Both the position numbers and the translations under genes were made by a program. Positions 17,097-26,806 of a DNA stretch of 64,000 bases are shown in pieces. How positions within the stretch are numbered: the first letter of the stretch is position 1; every line of letters starts with the position of its first letter. This stretch comes from Treponemataceae bacterium (lineage in GTDB: Bacteria > Spirochaetota > Spirochaetia > Treponematales > Rectinemataceae). The notes beneath the pieces were generated by a model that saw only the letters and a list, made by a program, of their open reading frames with translations, was not told the DNA's origin and did not search any database. Location: the NCBI GenBank assembly GCA_963678065.2, contig CAXXVZ010000003.1, positions 1,824,001 to 1,888,000 on the forward strand, given 5' to 3'.

Positions 17097-17132
17097 AAAA
17101 AAGGCCTGTCCAGACTTATTGCTGGACAGGCC
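17097..17132 (-). terminator. Rho-independent terminator after hcp
   Basis: GGCCTGTCCAG/CTGGACAGGCC stem followed by a T-run on the minus strand. Confidence 0.75.
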
Positions 17133-17161
17133 CTCTGCCGGGTAGGCCTGAAATGCCGACT

Positions 17162-17230
17162 GATTCTGTTATGCGCCCGTCATCATCGCTCTCGATGATG
17201 GCAGATTCTGTTATGCGCCCGCCATCATCG
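17162..17230. repeat. 27-bp duplication of the hcp 3' end
   Basis: GATTCTGTTATGCGCCCG(T/C)CATCATCG occurs at 17162-17188 and 17204-17230. Confidence 0.85.
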
Positions 17231-18860
17231 AGGCGACGTCGTCCGCCGGATTCGCGATGCCCTTGATGTCGAAGGTCTTCACGAGAATATCGGCGACTGC
17301 GGGCGAGAGGAAGGCGGGGAGGCTCGGCCCGAGTCTGATGTTCTTGAATCCGAGGTGCAAGAGGGCGAGGAGGACGAGGACAGCTTTCTGTTCGTACCAT
17401 GCGATGTCGAAGGAGAGTGGCAGCTCGTTCACGTCGTCGAGGCCGAAAACTTCCTTCAGCTTGAGGGCGATGAGGGCCAGGGAGTAGGAATCGTTGCACT
17501 GGCCGGCGTCGAGGACACGGGGAATTCCGCCGATGTCGCCCAGAGCGAGCTTGTTGTAGCGGTACTTGGCGCAGCCCGCAGTCAGGATGACGGCGTCATT
17601 CGGGAGTTCCTTGGCCACATCCGTGTAGTAACCGCGGCTCTTCTGGCGGCCGTCGCAGCCGGCCATGACGACGAAGCGCTTGATGGCCCCGGATTTGACC
17701 GCGTCGACGATGGGTCCCGCGAGGGCGAAGACTTGGTCGTGGGCGAATCCTCCGACGATCTCGCCGTCCTCGATCTGGACGGGAGGCGGGCAGGTTTTCG
17801 CGAGCCCGACGATGGCCGAGAAGTCCTTCATGCCGCCCGCAAGGCGATCAGGGATGAAGGCGCAGCCGTCGAATCCGACGACGCCGGTCGTGAAGACACG
17901 CGCCTTGTAGCTGTCCTTGGGAGGGACGAGACAGTTGGACGTGAGGAGGACGGGGCCGTTGAAGGTCTCGAAGTCGCTCGTCTGGGTGTACCAGGCGCCG
18001 CCGTAGTTGCCGTAGAGGTTGTCGTACTTCTCGAAGAAGGGATAGTAGTGCGCGGGGAGCATCTCGCCGTGGGTGTAGACGTCGACGCCCGTGCCCTTTG
18101 TCTGCTCGAGAAGGTCATGCAGGTCGCGAAGGTCGTGCCCGGAGATGAGGATGCCGGGGCGGCTGCGGGTGCCCGTCTTGACCTTGGTGATCCTGGGCGA
18201 GCCATAGCTGCCGGTGTTGGCGGAATCGAGGAGAGCCATGGCGTCGACGCCGAACTTGCCGGTCTCGAGGACGAGGGCGGTCAGCGCCTTCGCGGAGAGG
18301 CTCGTGTCGGTCAGGGCGGAAAGCGCGCGGAGCATAAAGAGGAAAACATCGCGCGAAGACTTTCCGATGGCGTAGGCGTGCTCGATGTATGCCGCCATGC
18401 CCTTGAGGCCGTAGAGGACGAGGGACTGAAGGCTGCGGACATCTTCATTTTCGACAGCCATCCAGCCGCCGAGTCCGCTCTCGGCCGCGACCTTGATCGC
18501 TTCGTCGGAGAGGGCGGACCAGAGGGCCGCCGCCGGCGCGGCTGCGCCTGGAGCGAGGTCGGCGACGGCGCCGCGGAGTTCGTCCCTGCGGACAAGTCCT
18601 TCCTTGATCCAGCGCAGGAAATCGGATTCGGAGAAGTTGGCGTTGGTGATCGTCGCAAAGAGCGACTTGGTAACGAACATGCACGTTCCTTCATTATATA
18701 CACCCGCTTGTGCGGCGGCCGTCCCCCAATAGCCGATGCCCTCGCAGACAAAGATCAGAAGGTCCTGAAGGTTCGATACATTGCCGGTCTTGCCGCATAC
18801 GCCCCTGGCTGCGTCGCAGCCGGTGTTCCTCATGGTCTCCTGGCACTGATGACAGAACAT
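17211..18860 (-). CDS. hcp: Hybrid cluster protein (hydroxylamine/NO reductase)
   Basis: MFCHQCQET...GC...[53 protein letters not shown]. Confidence 0.96.
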   Translation of the reverse strand: MFCHQCQETMRNTGCDAARGVCGKTGNVSNLQDLLIFVCEGIGYWGTAAAQAGVYNEGTCMFVTKSLFATITNANFSESDFLRWIKEGLVRRDELRGAVADLAPGAAAPAAALWSALSDEAIKVAAESGLGGWMAVENEDVRSLQSLVLYGLKGMAAYIEHAYAIGKSSRDVFLFMLRALSALTDTSLSAKALTALVLETGKFGVDAMALLDSANTGSYGSPRITKVKTGTRSRPGILISGHDLRDLHDLLEQTKGTGVDVYTHGEMLPAHYYPFFEKYDNLYGNYGGAWYTQTSDFETFNGPVLLTSNCLVPPKDSYKARVFTTGVVGFDGCAFIPDRLAGGMKDFSAIVGLAKTCPPPVQIEDGEIVGGFAHDQVFALAGPIVDAVKSGAIKRFVVMAGCDGRQKSRGYYTDVAKELPNDAVILTAGCAKYRYNKLALGDIGGIPRVLDAGQCNDSYSLALIALKLKEVFGLDDVNELPLSFDIAWYEQKAVLVLLALLHLGFKNIRLGPSLPAFLSPAVADILVKTFDIKGIANPADDVASMMAGA

Positions 18861-18914
18861 GGAATCCTCCTTGTCGTTTCGGGATCCCGAAGACCCCGTT
18901 CCTATCATGATTTC

Positions 18915-18932
18915 TGACGTACTCCGACGTCA
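18915..18932. promoter_or_regulatory. Palindromic site upstream of hcp
   Basis: TGACGT-N6-ACGTCA. Confidence 0.45.
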
Positions 18933-18958
18933 TTGCGTCCACAACGCGACTGCGGCAT

Positions 18959-19366
18959 TCAGAAACTGCGCGCGAGATCGGCGATGCTTGTGTTCCGGAA
19001 GACCGAAATCACCTGTCCGGTAACCTCGCGGCAGAGCGCTCCGAGCTGGCACGTTCCCGTCGCGCAGACGGCAGTCTCGAAGAGACAGTGCCTGTCGGCG
19101 AGTTTTCCGTCCAGAAGCTCCATGACTTCGAGGCAGCTCAGAGTGGCGGCTTCCCTCGCCAGAACGAAGCCGCCAGTCGGTCCGCGCGTAGAAGCGAGTA
19201 TCCCCGCCTTGGCCAGGGGCTGAAGCGCCTTGGCGAGATAGGTCGGCGAGACACCGAGCCTTTTGGCCGCCGCCTGAGCGGTGATGTTTCCCTGCGAAAC
19301 GGCCACCAGGGCCAGAGCGTGGAGGACCGCGTTTGTCTTGTCGGATACGTTCAGAATCTTTTCCAT
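18959..19366 (-). CDS. Rrf2-family transcriptional regulator with 3 C-terminal Cys
   Basis: SPTYLAKALQPLAKAGILASTRGPTGGFVLAR; HCLFETAVCATGTC. Confidence 0.92.
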   Translation of the reverse strand: MEKILNVSDKTNAVLHALALVAVSQGNITAQAAAKRLGVSPTYLAKALQPLAKAGILASTRGPTGGFVLAREAATLSCLEVMELLDGKLADRHCLFETAVCATGTCQLGALCREVTGQVISVFRNTSIADLARSF

Positions 19367-19395
19367 CCTGGCTCCAAGCTAAGGTTGAATCTATT

Positions 19396-19448
19396 ACGGA
19401 TTCAAGTGTCCTGAATCCGTTTATATCCTGTGCTCAAGAAAATGTCAA
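19396..19448 (-). promoter_or_regulatory. rrf2 promoter (TTGACA-17-TATAAA) with a 9-7-9 operator
   Basis: ACGGATTCA-AGTGTCC-TGAATCCGT at 19396-19420 abuts the -10 box. Confidence 0.7.
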
Positions 19449-19481
19449 CACGGACATCCGGCTTTCAAGTATATTCCTGTC

Positions 19482-20204
19482 ATGGACTTTTACGAGACCT
19501 TGGCCCCTCATTACGATTTTTTCTTTCCGCCGAACCCCGCGACCATGGAATTCATCAAGCGGACAAAACCGGAGGGTTCCAGACGGGCATACGACGCCGG
19601 CTGCGCGACGGGAAGCGCTGCGCTGGATCTGGCCCGCGCCGGATGGTCGGTTCTTGGCGTCGACCTCTGCGCTCCCATGATCGATCTGGCGAGAAAAAAA
19701 GCCGACAGTCTCCGCCTGGACACAGTCCGCTTCGAGTGCGGAGACATGACCGAAGAGAGGTTCATCGGGGAGGGAAATCCCTGGTCCCTCGTCCTCTGCC
19801 TCGGCAACACCCTGCCCCACCTCGGGGCGGACTCCATGCTGCGATTCTTTCAGTCGATAAAAAGGAGGATGGAGCCGGAGGGGCTTTTCGTCATCCAGAC
19901 CCTGAACTACGCCCATCCGGAGATCGTGGCCGGATTCGTTTTTCCCGAACTGGAGGCGGATCAGGCTATTCTCCGCAGAACGTACACCGCCCGTTCCGAT
20001 GGAGGCCTGTGGTTCGACACGGAGATACTCGAGGGTGGCAGGATACATGAGGACAGGACAGTCCTGACTCCCGTCACGCCGGGCACACAGAGGCTTTTCC
20101 TCGAGCGGGCGGGATTTTCGGATATCGGCTTTGCCGGAAGTTGGACCAGCCCCGCCTTCGATCAGGAAAAGGACCGCTACCTCATCACGACCGCCCGGGT
20201 CTGA
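19482..20204 (+). CDS. Class I SAM-dependent methyltransferase
   Basis: YDAGCATG, VLGVDL, GDM, LCLGNTLPHL. Confidence 0.88.
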   Translation: MDFYETLAPHYDFFFPPNPATMEFIKRTKPEGSRRAYDAGCATGSAALDLARAGWSVLGVDLCAPMIDLARKKADSLRLDTVRFECGDMTEERFIGEGNPWSLVLCLGNTLPHLGADSMLRFFQSIKRRMEPEGLFVIQTLNYAHPEIVAGFVFPELEADQAILRRTYTARSDGGLWFDTEILEGGRIHEDRTVLTPVTPGTQRLFLERAGFSDIGFAGSWTSPAFDQEKDRYLITTARV

Positions 20205-20394
20205 AGCGCCGGAAATCGACGACCTCGCAGCGAGCAAAGAGGCATGACGCCCGCATGCGAATGAACGAACCCCGGAGCAGAGCTCCGAGGTATCGTTCGT
20301 TCTGTAAGGAATGGATTGTATGCGGGTCCATACCTGATAGCCACTTCACAAGAAAGAGCGAAGCAGAGCTTCGGGGTATGGACCCGCATGCGAA

Positions 20395-21180
20395 TCAGAT
20401 TCGCTCGATCGCGAGGCACTTTCCCGAGGCCGCGTCGAGCGTGAATACGGCGCCGTGTATCGTCGCCTCGCCCTCCGCGGTCTCCATCTTGATAGGGATC
20501 TGGGTCATGCTTCTCTGGAGACATATCTCGCTTTTCACGCCGATGACGGAGTCAGCGGGGCCGGTCATGCCGAGGTCCGTGAGGTACCCCGTGCCCTTGG
20601 GAAGTATCCTCTCGTCGGCCGTCTGCACGTGTGTGTGAGTTCCGGCCAAGGCGGAAATTTCGCCGTCCAGATGCCAGGCGAGCGCTTCCTTCTCCTCTGC
20701 CGACTCCGCGTGAAAGTCGACGACCACGAAGGCGCGGGGATGTTCCCGCTTCGCGCGCCTGATGATATCGGAGGAGATTCTGAAAGGACAATCTATGGAA
20801 TACATTCCTTCGCGTCCCTGGACGTTGATGACGAGCCATTCGGAGTCGCCGGCCGTGATGACATGCCTGCTGCCGGAGCCAGGCGCGCCAGAAGGATAAT
20901 TGGCGGGGCGGAGGAGGCGGGGCTCGGACTCGAGCAACTCCGCGACGGCCGGACGCTCCCAGACATGGTTCCCGGATGTTATGACGTCGACCCCCGCATC
21001 GAACATGTGGGCGGCGTCCTCCGCCGTGATTCCATAGCCACCTTGGGCGTTTTCGCCGTTGGCGACAACGAGATCGGCCTGGACTTTTTTGACCAGCCCC
21101 TTGAGTCCGGCAAAGAGAGCCCGCATACCGGGCGCCCCGATGACGTCGCCGATCATGAGGACCTTCACGGTCTTCTGCAT
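20395..21180 (-). CDS. ymdB: YmdB-family metallophosphoesterase
   Basis: IGDVIG, NGEN, TSGNH, DFHAE, GTHTHVQTAD, TDLGMTG. Confidence 0.93.
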   Translation of the reverse strand: MQKTVKVLMIGDVIGAPGMRALFAGLKGLVKKVQADLVVANGENAQGGYGITAEDAAHMFDAGVDVITSGNHVWERPAVAELLESEPRLLRPANYPSGAPGSGSRHVITAGDSEWLVINVQGREGMYSIDCPFRISSDIIRRAKREHPRAFVVVDFHAESAEEKEALAWHLDGEISALAGTHTHVQTADERILPKGTGYLTDLGMTGPADSVIGVKSEICLQRSMTQIPIKMETAEGEATIHGAVFTLDAASGKCLAIERI

Positions 21181-21349
21181 CTCTCCCCCTCTAAACGGAA
21201 CCGCCCGGAGACCGGCCAGCCGTCTTCCTTCCGGAAAGCGGTCAACGGATCCCCGGGCGGTTCTCCCGCGGTGGAACGGGAAACACCGTCATATCGATCT
21301 GAAAGGCGCCGGAACCGCCGCCTCCCGGACAGCGCTTCTCTGTTCCGGT

Positions 21350-22879
21350 CTAGCGCGCGTACTCGACTATGCGCGTCTCGCGTATGATGGTGACCTTGAT
21401 CCGTCCCGGATACCTGAGGTCACTCTCGATCTTCTTGGCTATGCTCTTGCAGAGATCCTTGGCCTGATCGTCCGAAACCTGCTCGTAGTTGACGAGGATG
21501 CGGAGTTCGCGGCCGGCCTGGATCGCGTAGGCTTTCTCGACGCCGGAGAAGCTCTCGGCGATGTTCTCGAGATTCTCGAGGCGTTTGACGTAGTTGTCGA
21601 GCGTCTCGCGGCGTGCGCCGGGCCTGGCTGCCGAAATCGCATCGGCGATCTGGACGATGATGCTCTCGGGGCAGATCGGCTCGACATCGTTGTGGTGTGC
21701 CCCGACGGCGTTGACGATGCGCGGGTCTTCGCCGAGCTTGCGCACGAGTTCCATGCCCATTTCGGCGTGGTTCTGGTCCCCGTCCGTCTCGATGCCCTTT
21801 CCGATATCGTGCAGGAGAGCGCCGCGCTTGGCGATATCCCTGTTGACGCCGATCTCCGCGGCGAGCATCCCGGCGATGACGGCGACTTCCTTGGAGTGGG
21901 CGAGGACGTTCTGTCCGTAGCTCGTCCGGAAGTGCAGCCTTCCGAGCGCCTTGATGAGCTCGGGCGCCATGTTGTGCAGCCCGAGATCGAATACGACCTT
22001 CTCGCCTTCCTCGAAGATCTTCTGGGCTATCTCGCGGGTGACCTTCTGGACGACTTCCTCGATCCTGGCGGGGTGGATGCGCCCGTCCGTGATGAGGCGT
22101 TCCAAGGAGACCCTGGCGATCTCGCGCCTGACCGGGTCGAAGCAGGAGATGACGACGGCCTCGGGCGTGTCGTCGATGATGACGTCGACGCCGGTGAGGG
22201 TCTCGAGGGTCCTGATGTTGCGCCCCTCGCGGCCGATGATCCTGCCCTTCATCTCGTCGGAGGGCAGGCTGACCGAGGTGACCGTCGCTTCGGCGGTGAC
22301 ATCGGTGGCGAGCCTCTGGACAGTCCCGATGAGGATGTCCTTGGCTTTCTTGTCGGCGGAGAGCTGGGCTTCCTGCTCGATCTTGTTGACGATGACCTGC
22401 GCGTCGCGACGGGCCTCGTTCTCGAGCCCCTGGATGATGAGTTTCTTGGCTTCATCGGCGGTGAGGCCGGATATGCGCTCAAGTTCCTTGCGGTAGCGCT
22501 CTTCCTGGCCCGAAAGGAAATCTTCGCGCTCGAGCGCGGCTTTTTCCCGGGACTTCAGCGCCTGTTCCTGCCTCTCGATGGCGTCGATCTTGTTGTCGAG
22601 ATTCTCTTCTTTCTGTATGAGACGACGTTCGAGCTTCTGAAGCTCGACACGGCGTTCGCGGTTCTCGCGCTCCTGCTGGTTTCTTTCCCGAATGAGCTGA
22701 TCTTTCGCCTCTACCAGGATCTCTTTCTTCTGCGCCTCGGCCTCTCTGACCGCGTCCTGCTTGACCCGCTCCGCCATCTGCTCGGCTGCGGTGAGTTGAA
22801 ATCTGGCGTACAGCCAGCGAATCGTCCATCCAAGAACCAAACCGGCAAGAGGCAAGGCAGCATACCATAAGGCTGTCAT
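21350..22879 (-). CDS. rny: Ribonuclease Y
   Basis: N-terminal TM and coiled coil, KH motif KGRIIGREGRNIR, HD motif LLHDIGK. Confidence 0.96.
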   Translation of the reverse strand: MTALWYAALPLAGLVLGWTIRWLYARFQLTAAEQMAERVKQDAVREAEAQKKEILVEAKDQLIRERNQQERENRERRVELQKLERRLIQKEENLDNKIDAIERQEQALKSREKAALEREDFLSGQEERYRKELERISGLTADEAKKLIIQGLENEARRDAQVIVNKIEQEAQLSADKKAKDILIGTVQRLATDVTAEATVTSVSLPSDEMKGRIIGREGRNIRTLETLTGVDVIIDDTPEAVVISCFDPVRREIARVSLERLITDGRIHPARIEEVVQKVTREIAQKIFEEGEKVVFDLGLHNMAPELIKALGRLHFRTSYGQNVLAHSKEVAVIAGMLAAEIGVNRDIAKRGALLHDIGKGIETDGDQNHAEMGMELVRKLGEDPRIVNAVGAHHNDVEPICPESIIVQIADAISAARPGARRETLDNYVKRLENLENIAESFSGVEKAYAIQAGRELRILVNYEQVSDDQAKDLCKSIAKKIESDLRYPGRIKVTIIRETRIVEYAR

Positions 22880-22911
22880 GATACCTCCGACCTGCAATAC
22901 TATTCGTTCCG

Positions 22912-22939
22912 ATTATACGGAAGGAGCATTCTTTGTCAA
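22912..22939 (-). promoter_or_regulatory. sigma70 promoter of rny
   Basis: TTGACA-16-TATAAT on the minus strand. Confidence 0.8.
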
Positions 22940-22976
22940 GGTTACATGAAAATCAATATTTTCCTGTGATTCGCGA

Positions 22977-23005
22977 TTGACGAACCCCATCTCCGAGACT
23001 ATAAT
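22977..23005 (+). promoter_or_regulatory. sigma70 promoter driving the long leader of the RRM gene
   Basis: TTGACG-17-TATAAT. Confidence 0.75.
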
Positions 23006-23342
23006 GTATTGATGGAGCCTTGAAATGGCTTCATGTACTTTCGGAGGGAAGAGTTCGCCCTTTCCGTTTTTTTAAGGTTGAAAACAGGTTCGCATGAGCA
23101 TTGTCAAATCGGTCGCATCCGCTCGTAACCCGGCGGTCGGGTTCCAGCCTTCCAGCGCACCTCACATCGCAGGTAAAGAAAGAAAAAATCTCTCTTCGAC
23201 CTCACCCGTTTTACACTCCTTCAAAATCTCGGACACCCTGAACAGCCCCTTCCGGAAAGCATCAGTACGTTCGCCCTGGGCGAACGGATCCGGTATCGGC
23301 ATGGTTAATTCCATGCCGGGCCTTAGTTGAGGGTTTTCCCGC

Positions 23343-23627
23343 ATGTCCAAGAAGGTTTACGTCGGCAACATGAATTATGGCACCGCAGAGAATCAGCTCC
23401 GCGATTTGTTCGCCCAGTACGGCGAGGTTCTCTCGGTCAACATCATCGTCGACCGCTACACCGGCAAGGCGAAAGGTTTCGGCTTTGTTGAAATGACCAA
23501 CGACGAAGAAGCCCGCGCCGCGATCGAAGCCCTCAACGGCTTCGAGTTTATGGGCCGCCAGCTCCGTGTGAACGAAGCGGAAGACAAGCCGCGCCGCGAC
23601 AGCAATTTCCGCCCGCGCCGCTACTGA
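23343..23627 (+). CDS. RRM RNA-binding protein
   Basis: RNP2 VYVGNM and RNP1 KGFGFVEM. Confidence 0.95.
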   Translation: MSKKVYVGNMNYGTAENQLRDLFAQYGEVLSVNIIVDRYTGKAKGFGFVEMTNDEEARAAIEALNGFEFMGRQLRVNEAEDKPRRDSNFRPRRY

Positions 23628-23704
23628 TCAGAGAGATCCCGTCCCGACGGCCTGAAGTCGTCGGACTCGGGTAGGACACGCGAGGCGAAAGTCGAGCGTG
23701 AATA

Positions 23705-23739
23705 GCCGTCCGGAGGCCGCCCGGACGGTTTTTTATTTT
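23705..23739 (+). terminator. Rho-independent terminator
   Basis: CCGTCCGG/CCGGACGG stem followed by TTTTTTATTTT. Confidence 0.75.
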
Positions 23740-23771
23740 CGCCGCCTGCTTGCTGCCAGTCTGTCTTCCCT

Positions 23772-24863
23772 CTAGACCAGTTTCCCTCTCTGGACGCGCT
23801 CGAGGACGGCGACGAGCCTGCGGAAACGGGCCGGCACCGGGGCTCTGAAGGTATCCGGTTCCCTGTGCCCGGGAAGCAGTATTCTGAGCTTCTGCGCGTG
23901 GAGCATGAGGGTCGCCTCGGGGAAGATCGCGTCCGCTTTTCCGTAGACGGGATCGCCCAGGATGGGGCATCCAAGATACTGCATGTGGACCCTGAGCTGG
24001 TGTGTCCGGCCCGTGCGGGGACGCAGGGCGACCAGCGCGTACTTCGTTCCGCCTCCGCCGCCTCTTCCTTCGATCCTTCCCGAGACCGAATCCCACGCCG
24101 CGAGGACCCTGTAGTCCGTGACCGAAAGTCTGCCCTCCGTCTCCGACACACAGAAACGCTTTCTTTCTTTCCTGTCCCGGGTGAGGCGATTTTCGATCCG
24201 CCCCGAGAGTTCCGGCGGAATTCCTCTCGTTATCGCGATATACTCCTTCCGCACGCTTCTGTCCCTGAATTGCTGCGCGAGAAAGGCCTGGGCTTCGGCC
24301 CCTTTTGCGGCGACGATGACGCCCGACGTGTCTTTGTCCAACCGGTGGACTATGAAGCCGCGCAGGGCGGCATAGGGGTCCTGTGCGGTGGAGGGCGGCG
24401 AGACTCCGGCGGCGCGGGAGGCCACGCCGAATCGCCCGGCGAGGGCGTTGGCGAGAGTTCCGCGCCTGTTTCCGTGTCCGGGATGGGTGACCATGCCTTG
24501 TGGCTTGTTCACCACGACGACAGCCTCGTCCTCGTAGAGGATGTCGAGGGGGATGTCTTCAGGTACGAGCCCGGGCGCGGGCTCTTCGGTCCAGTCGACG
24601 GAGAGCCGGTCTCCGGGAGACAGCTCACGGGAAACCTTGATCTCCTTGCCGGCGAGGCGGATCACCGCTCCGCGCGCCTTGATCTGGGAACGGGTGAGGA
24701 TTCCGAGGACCTCCGCCACATAACGGTCGGCGCGATCCGCCCCTTCCGGACCGACTATGCCTTCCCAATGCCGCGGTATGCCGCTCTTGGCTGGGCCTTC
24801 GGGCTCCTTCCGGCGTGAACTTCCAGGCAGGTTCTTGCGAGGAATGGATTTGTGCGCTGCCAT
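23772..24863 (-). CDS. RluA/RluD-family pseudouridine synthase
   Basis: S4-like N-terminus, VVNKPQGM, VHRLDKDTSG, TGRTHQLRVH, PILGDPVYG. Confidence 0.93.
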   Translation of the reverse strand: MAAHKSIPRKNLPGSSRRKEPEGPAKSGIPRHWEGIVGPEGADRADRYVAEVLGILTRSQIKARGAVIRLAGKEIKVSRELSPGDRLSVDWTEEPAPGLVPEDIPLDILYEDEAVVVVNKPQGMVTHPGHGNRRGTLANALAGRFGVASRAAGVSPPSTAQDPYAALRGFIVHRLDKDTSGVIVAAKGAEAQAFLAQQFRDRSVRKEYIAITRGIPPELSGRIENRLTRDRKERKRFCVSETEGRLSVTDYRVLAAWDSVSGRIEGRGGGGGTKYALVALRPRTGRTHQLRVHMQYLGCPILGDPVYGKADAIFPEATLMLHAQKLRILLPGHREPDTFRAPVPARFRRLVAVLERVQRGKLV

Positions 24864-25098
24864 CCGTAGCTCCTTGAAAAATGGCGGTCGGAAACTGCGC
24901 AAGGATCGCGGCTGCCGGACCATGCACAGCCTACAGCGTGGATACATGGCAGAATGATTCAGAGCGCTGGGTTTCCGGCATCCTGGACAGATACTAGATG
25001 CGATGGGGATGCCGCATCAAGCCGGGAGGGGCTCGAGTCTTCGCTTGACGGTACAATCATGGTGCCGTACTCTTTCCGGACAAACAAATGGAGGAACC

Positions 25099-25548
25099 AT
25101 GGACAGGGAAAAGGAACTTTCGCGCGTCGGGCTCTTCGAAAAACTCGACAGGCGGCATCTCAGGAACCTCGCGAGCATCTGCGTGGAAAAGAACTTCGAA
25201 GCGGGAACCCTTCTGGTAAAGCAGGGTGAAAACGGCGTGGGACTCTTCATCATCCTGTCAGGCAGGGTCGGCATCTCCAAGACGGACTCAGACAGTGTAG
25301 AGACAAAGGTTGCGGAATGCGGTCCCGGCGACATCCTCGGCGAGATGTCGGTATTCGACGGTGCGCCCCGCTCCGCCAGCGCCGTCGCGCTCGAGCCGAC
25401 GCACTGCCTCGTCCTCGCGGCCTGGGAATTCAACGCATTCCTCAAGTCGCATCCGGAGGCTATGCTCGAACTCCTGCACATCGTCGTCGCGCGATACCGC
25501 CAGACGAACGAGGCACTGCTCGGGCTGGGCGCCGCGCGCCACGATTAA
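25099..25548 (+). CDS. Stand-alone cyclic-nucleotide-binding domain protein
   Basis: QGENGVGLFIILSG, GEMSVFDGAPRSASAVA; no HTH; GGAGG RBS. Confidence 0.88.
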   Translation: MDREKELSRVGLFEKLDRRHLRNLASICVEKNFEAGTLLVKQGENGVGLFIILSGRVGISKTDSDSVETKVAECGPGDILGEMSVFDGAPRSASAVALEPTHCLVLAAWEFNAFLKSHPEAMLELLHIVVARYRQTNEALLGLGAARHD

Positions 25549-25619
25549 AGAGGTGTCGGTACAGCCCGGGCCGAGGCCCGGGCAGTCGTTCCGGCGCCCG
25601 AGGGCATTCTTCGCGGCGA

Positions 25620-26423
25620 TTATTCTGAATCGGCGAGTGCGGCGATATCGCGCGTTCCGGGCGTCTTGTAGTATTCGACATTCCACAGGAAAAGCCCCTT
25701 CGCGGGAGCGGTCGTTCCAGCCAGGCGCCTGTCCCTGGCCGAAAGGACGGCTCCCATCCTTTCGGCCGCCTCCTGCGGACCGGAAGTCTCCCTCTCGAAC
25801 TGCAGCATCGACCCAACAAGAGATCTGACCATCCTGAGCAGGAAGGCATTGGCCGCCACCTGGTAGAGGAGCGTGTCGCCCTCCCAATGGAAGGAGGATT
25901 CGAAGACGAACCTGTGCCGCGAAAGGCTCGGGTCGCGCGCCGAGGCAAAAGAGGTAAAATCCTTCTCGCCGAGTATGAGGCCGGCCATGGCGTTGAGGGA
26001 GCGGATATCGGGAGTGTGGAAAATCCTGTGCGCGTACCTGAGCCTGTACGGTTCGGATTCGCTGCCACAGATGATGAAGTATCGGTACCGCCTGAGGCGC
26101 GCGTCGAACCGTACATGGAAGTCGGGCTGCGCCTCCTCCGACCGGAGTATCCGAAGGTCGGAAGGCAGGAAGCTGTTGAGTGCCGGAGTGAATTTTGCCG
26201 CGGGGATCCCCGCGATGTCGGTCTTGAAGCCGGCGACCTGTCCTCTGGCGTGAACTCCCGCATCGGTGCGACCCGCTCCCGCGACGCCGAGTTCATGGCC
26301 GTGAAGCGCGGTCAGGGCGGTTTCGAGCTCTTCCTGGACCGAACGGGCGTTTTTCTGCCTCTGCCACCCGGAAAAATCCGTGCCGTCGTAGGAGAGGACG
26401 AGTTTGATGTTCCTGTCTTCCAT
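25620..26423 (-). CDS. truA: tRNA pseudouridine(38-40) synthase
   Basis: YDGTDFSGWQRQ, AGRTDAGVHARGQV, TAPAKGLFL. Confidence 0.95.
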   Translation of the reverse strand: MEDRNIKLVLSYDGTDFSGWQRQKNARSVQEELETALTALHGHELGVAGAGRTDAGVHARGQVAGFKTDIAGIPAAKFTPALNSFLPSDLRILRSEEAQPDFHVRFDARLRRYRYFIICGSESEPYRLRYAHRIFHTPDIRSLNAMAGLILGEKDFTSFASARDPSLSRHRFVFESSFHWEGDTLLYQVAANAFLLRMVRSLVGSMLQFERETSGPQEAAERMGAVLSARDRRLAGTTAPAKGLFLWNVEYYKTPGTRDIAALADSE

Positions 26424-26428
26424 CCCGC

Positions 26429-26806
26429 TCAATCCCGTTTTTCTATGACGACCATCGCGATGGCGTTTTCGCGCTCGTGGGTCATGGAAAGGTGGAGCAC
26501 CGTACCCCCTGTGCGCCGGAAACGTTCGAGGGCGGTTCCGTGGAGCACCATGTCGGGCTTTCCGTTGTGGTTGTTGATGACCTGTATGTCCTTGAGCTTC
26601 ATCCCGGCGAGCCCCGTCCCGATCGCCTTGCCGAAAGCTTCTTTGGCGGCGAACCGGGCGGCGAGCGAGAGAGGTGCCGCGCTGCCCCGTTCCCTCGAGG
26701 CAACTATCTCATCCGGATGGAAGAACCTGTCCACGAGTCCGGGAACCGAAAGCCAGTGCTCTATCCTGCCGACGTGGACGACGTCGATGCCTATTCCGGT
26801 GATCAC
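26429..26806 (-). CDS. acpS: Holo-ACP synthase
   Basis: GIGIDVV, LAARFAAKEAFGKA, HLSMTHE. Confidence 0.95.
   Translation of the reverse strand: MITGIGIDVVHVGRIEHWLSVPGLVDRFFHPDEIVASRERGSAAPLSLAARFAAKEAFGKAIGTGLAGMKLKDIQVINNHNGKPDMVLHGTALERFRRTGGTVLHLSMTHERENAIAMVVIEKRD

Noticed and set aside
17355..18917. Long antisense ORFs (also 21059..22870, 32219..34162, 38136..40451, 52130..54238, 56019..57305, 60108..61421, 62385..63656)
   Set aside because: Stop-free shadow frames opposite well-supported high-GC3 genes; no protein motifs.
23006..23342. 6S RNA, often found near rny
   Set aside because: I could not see the long closing stem with a central bubble, and the transcript is divergent from rny; needs an Rfam check.
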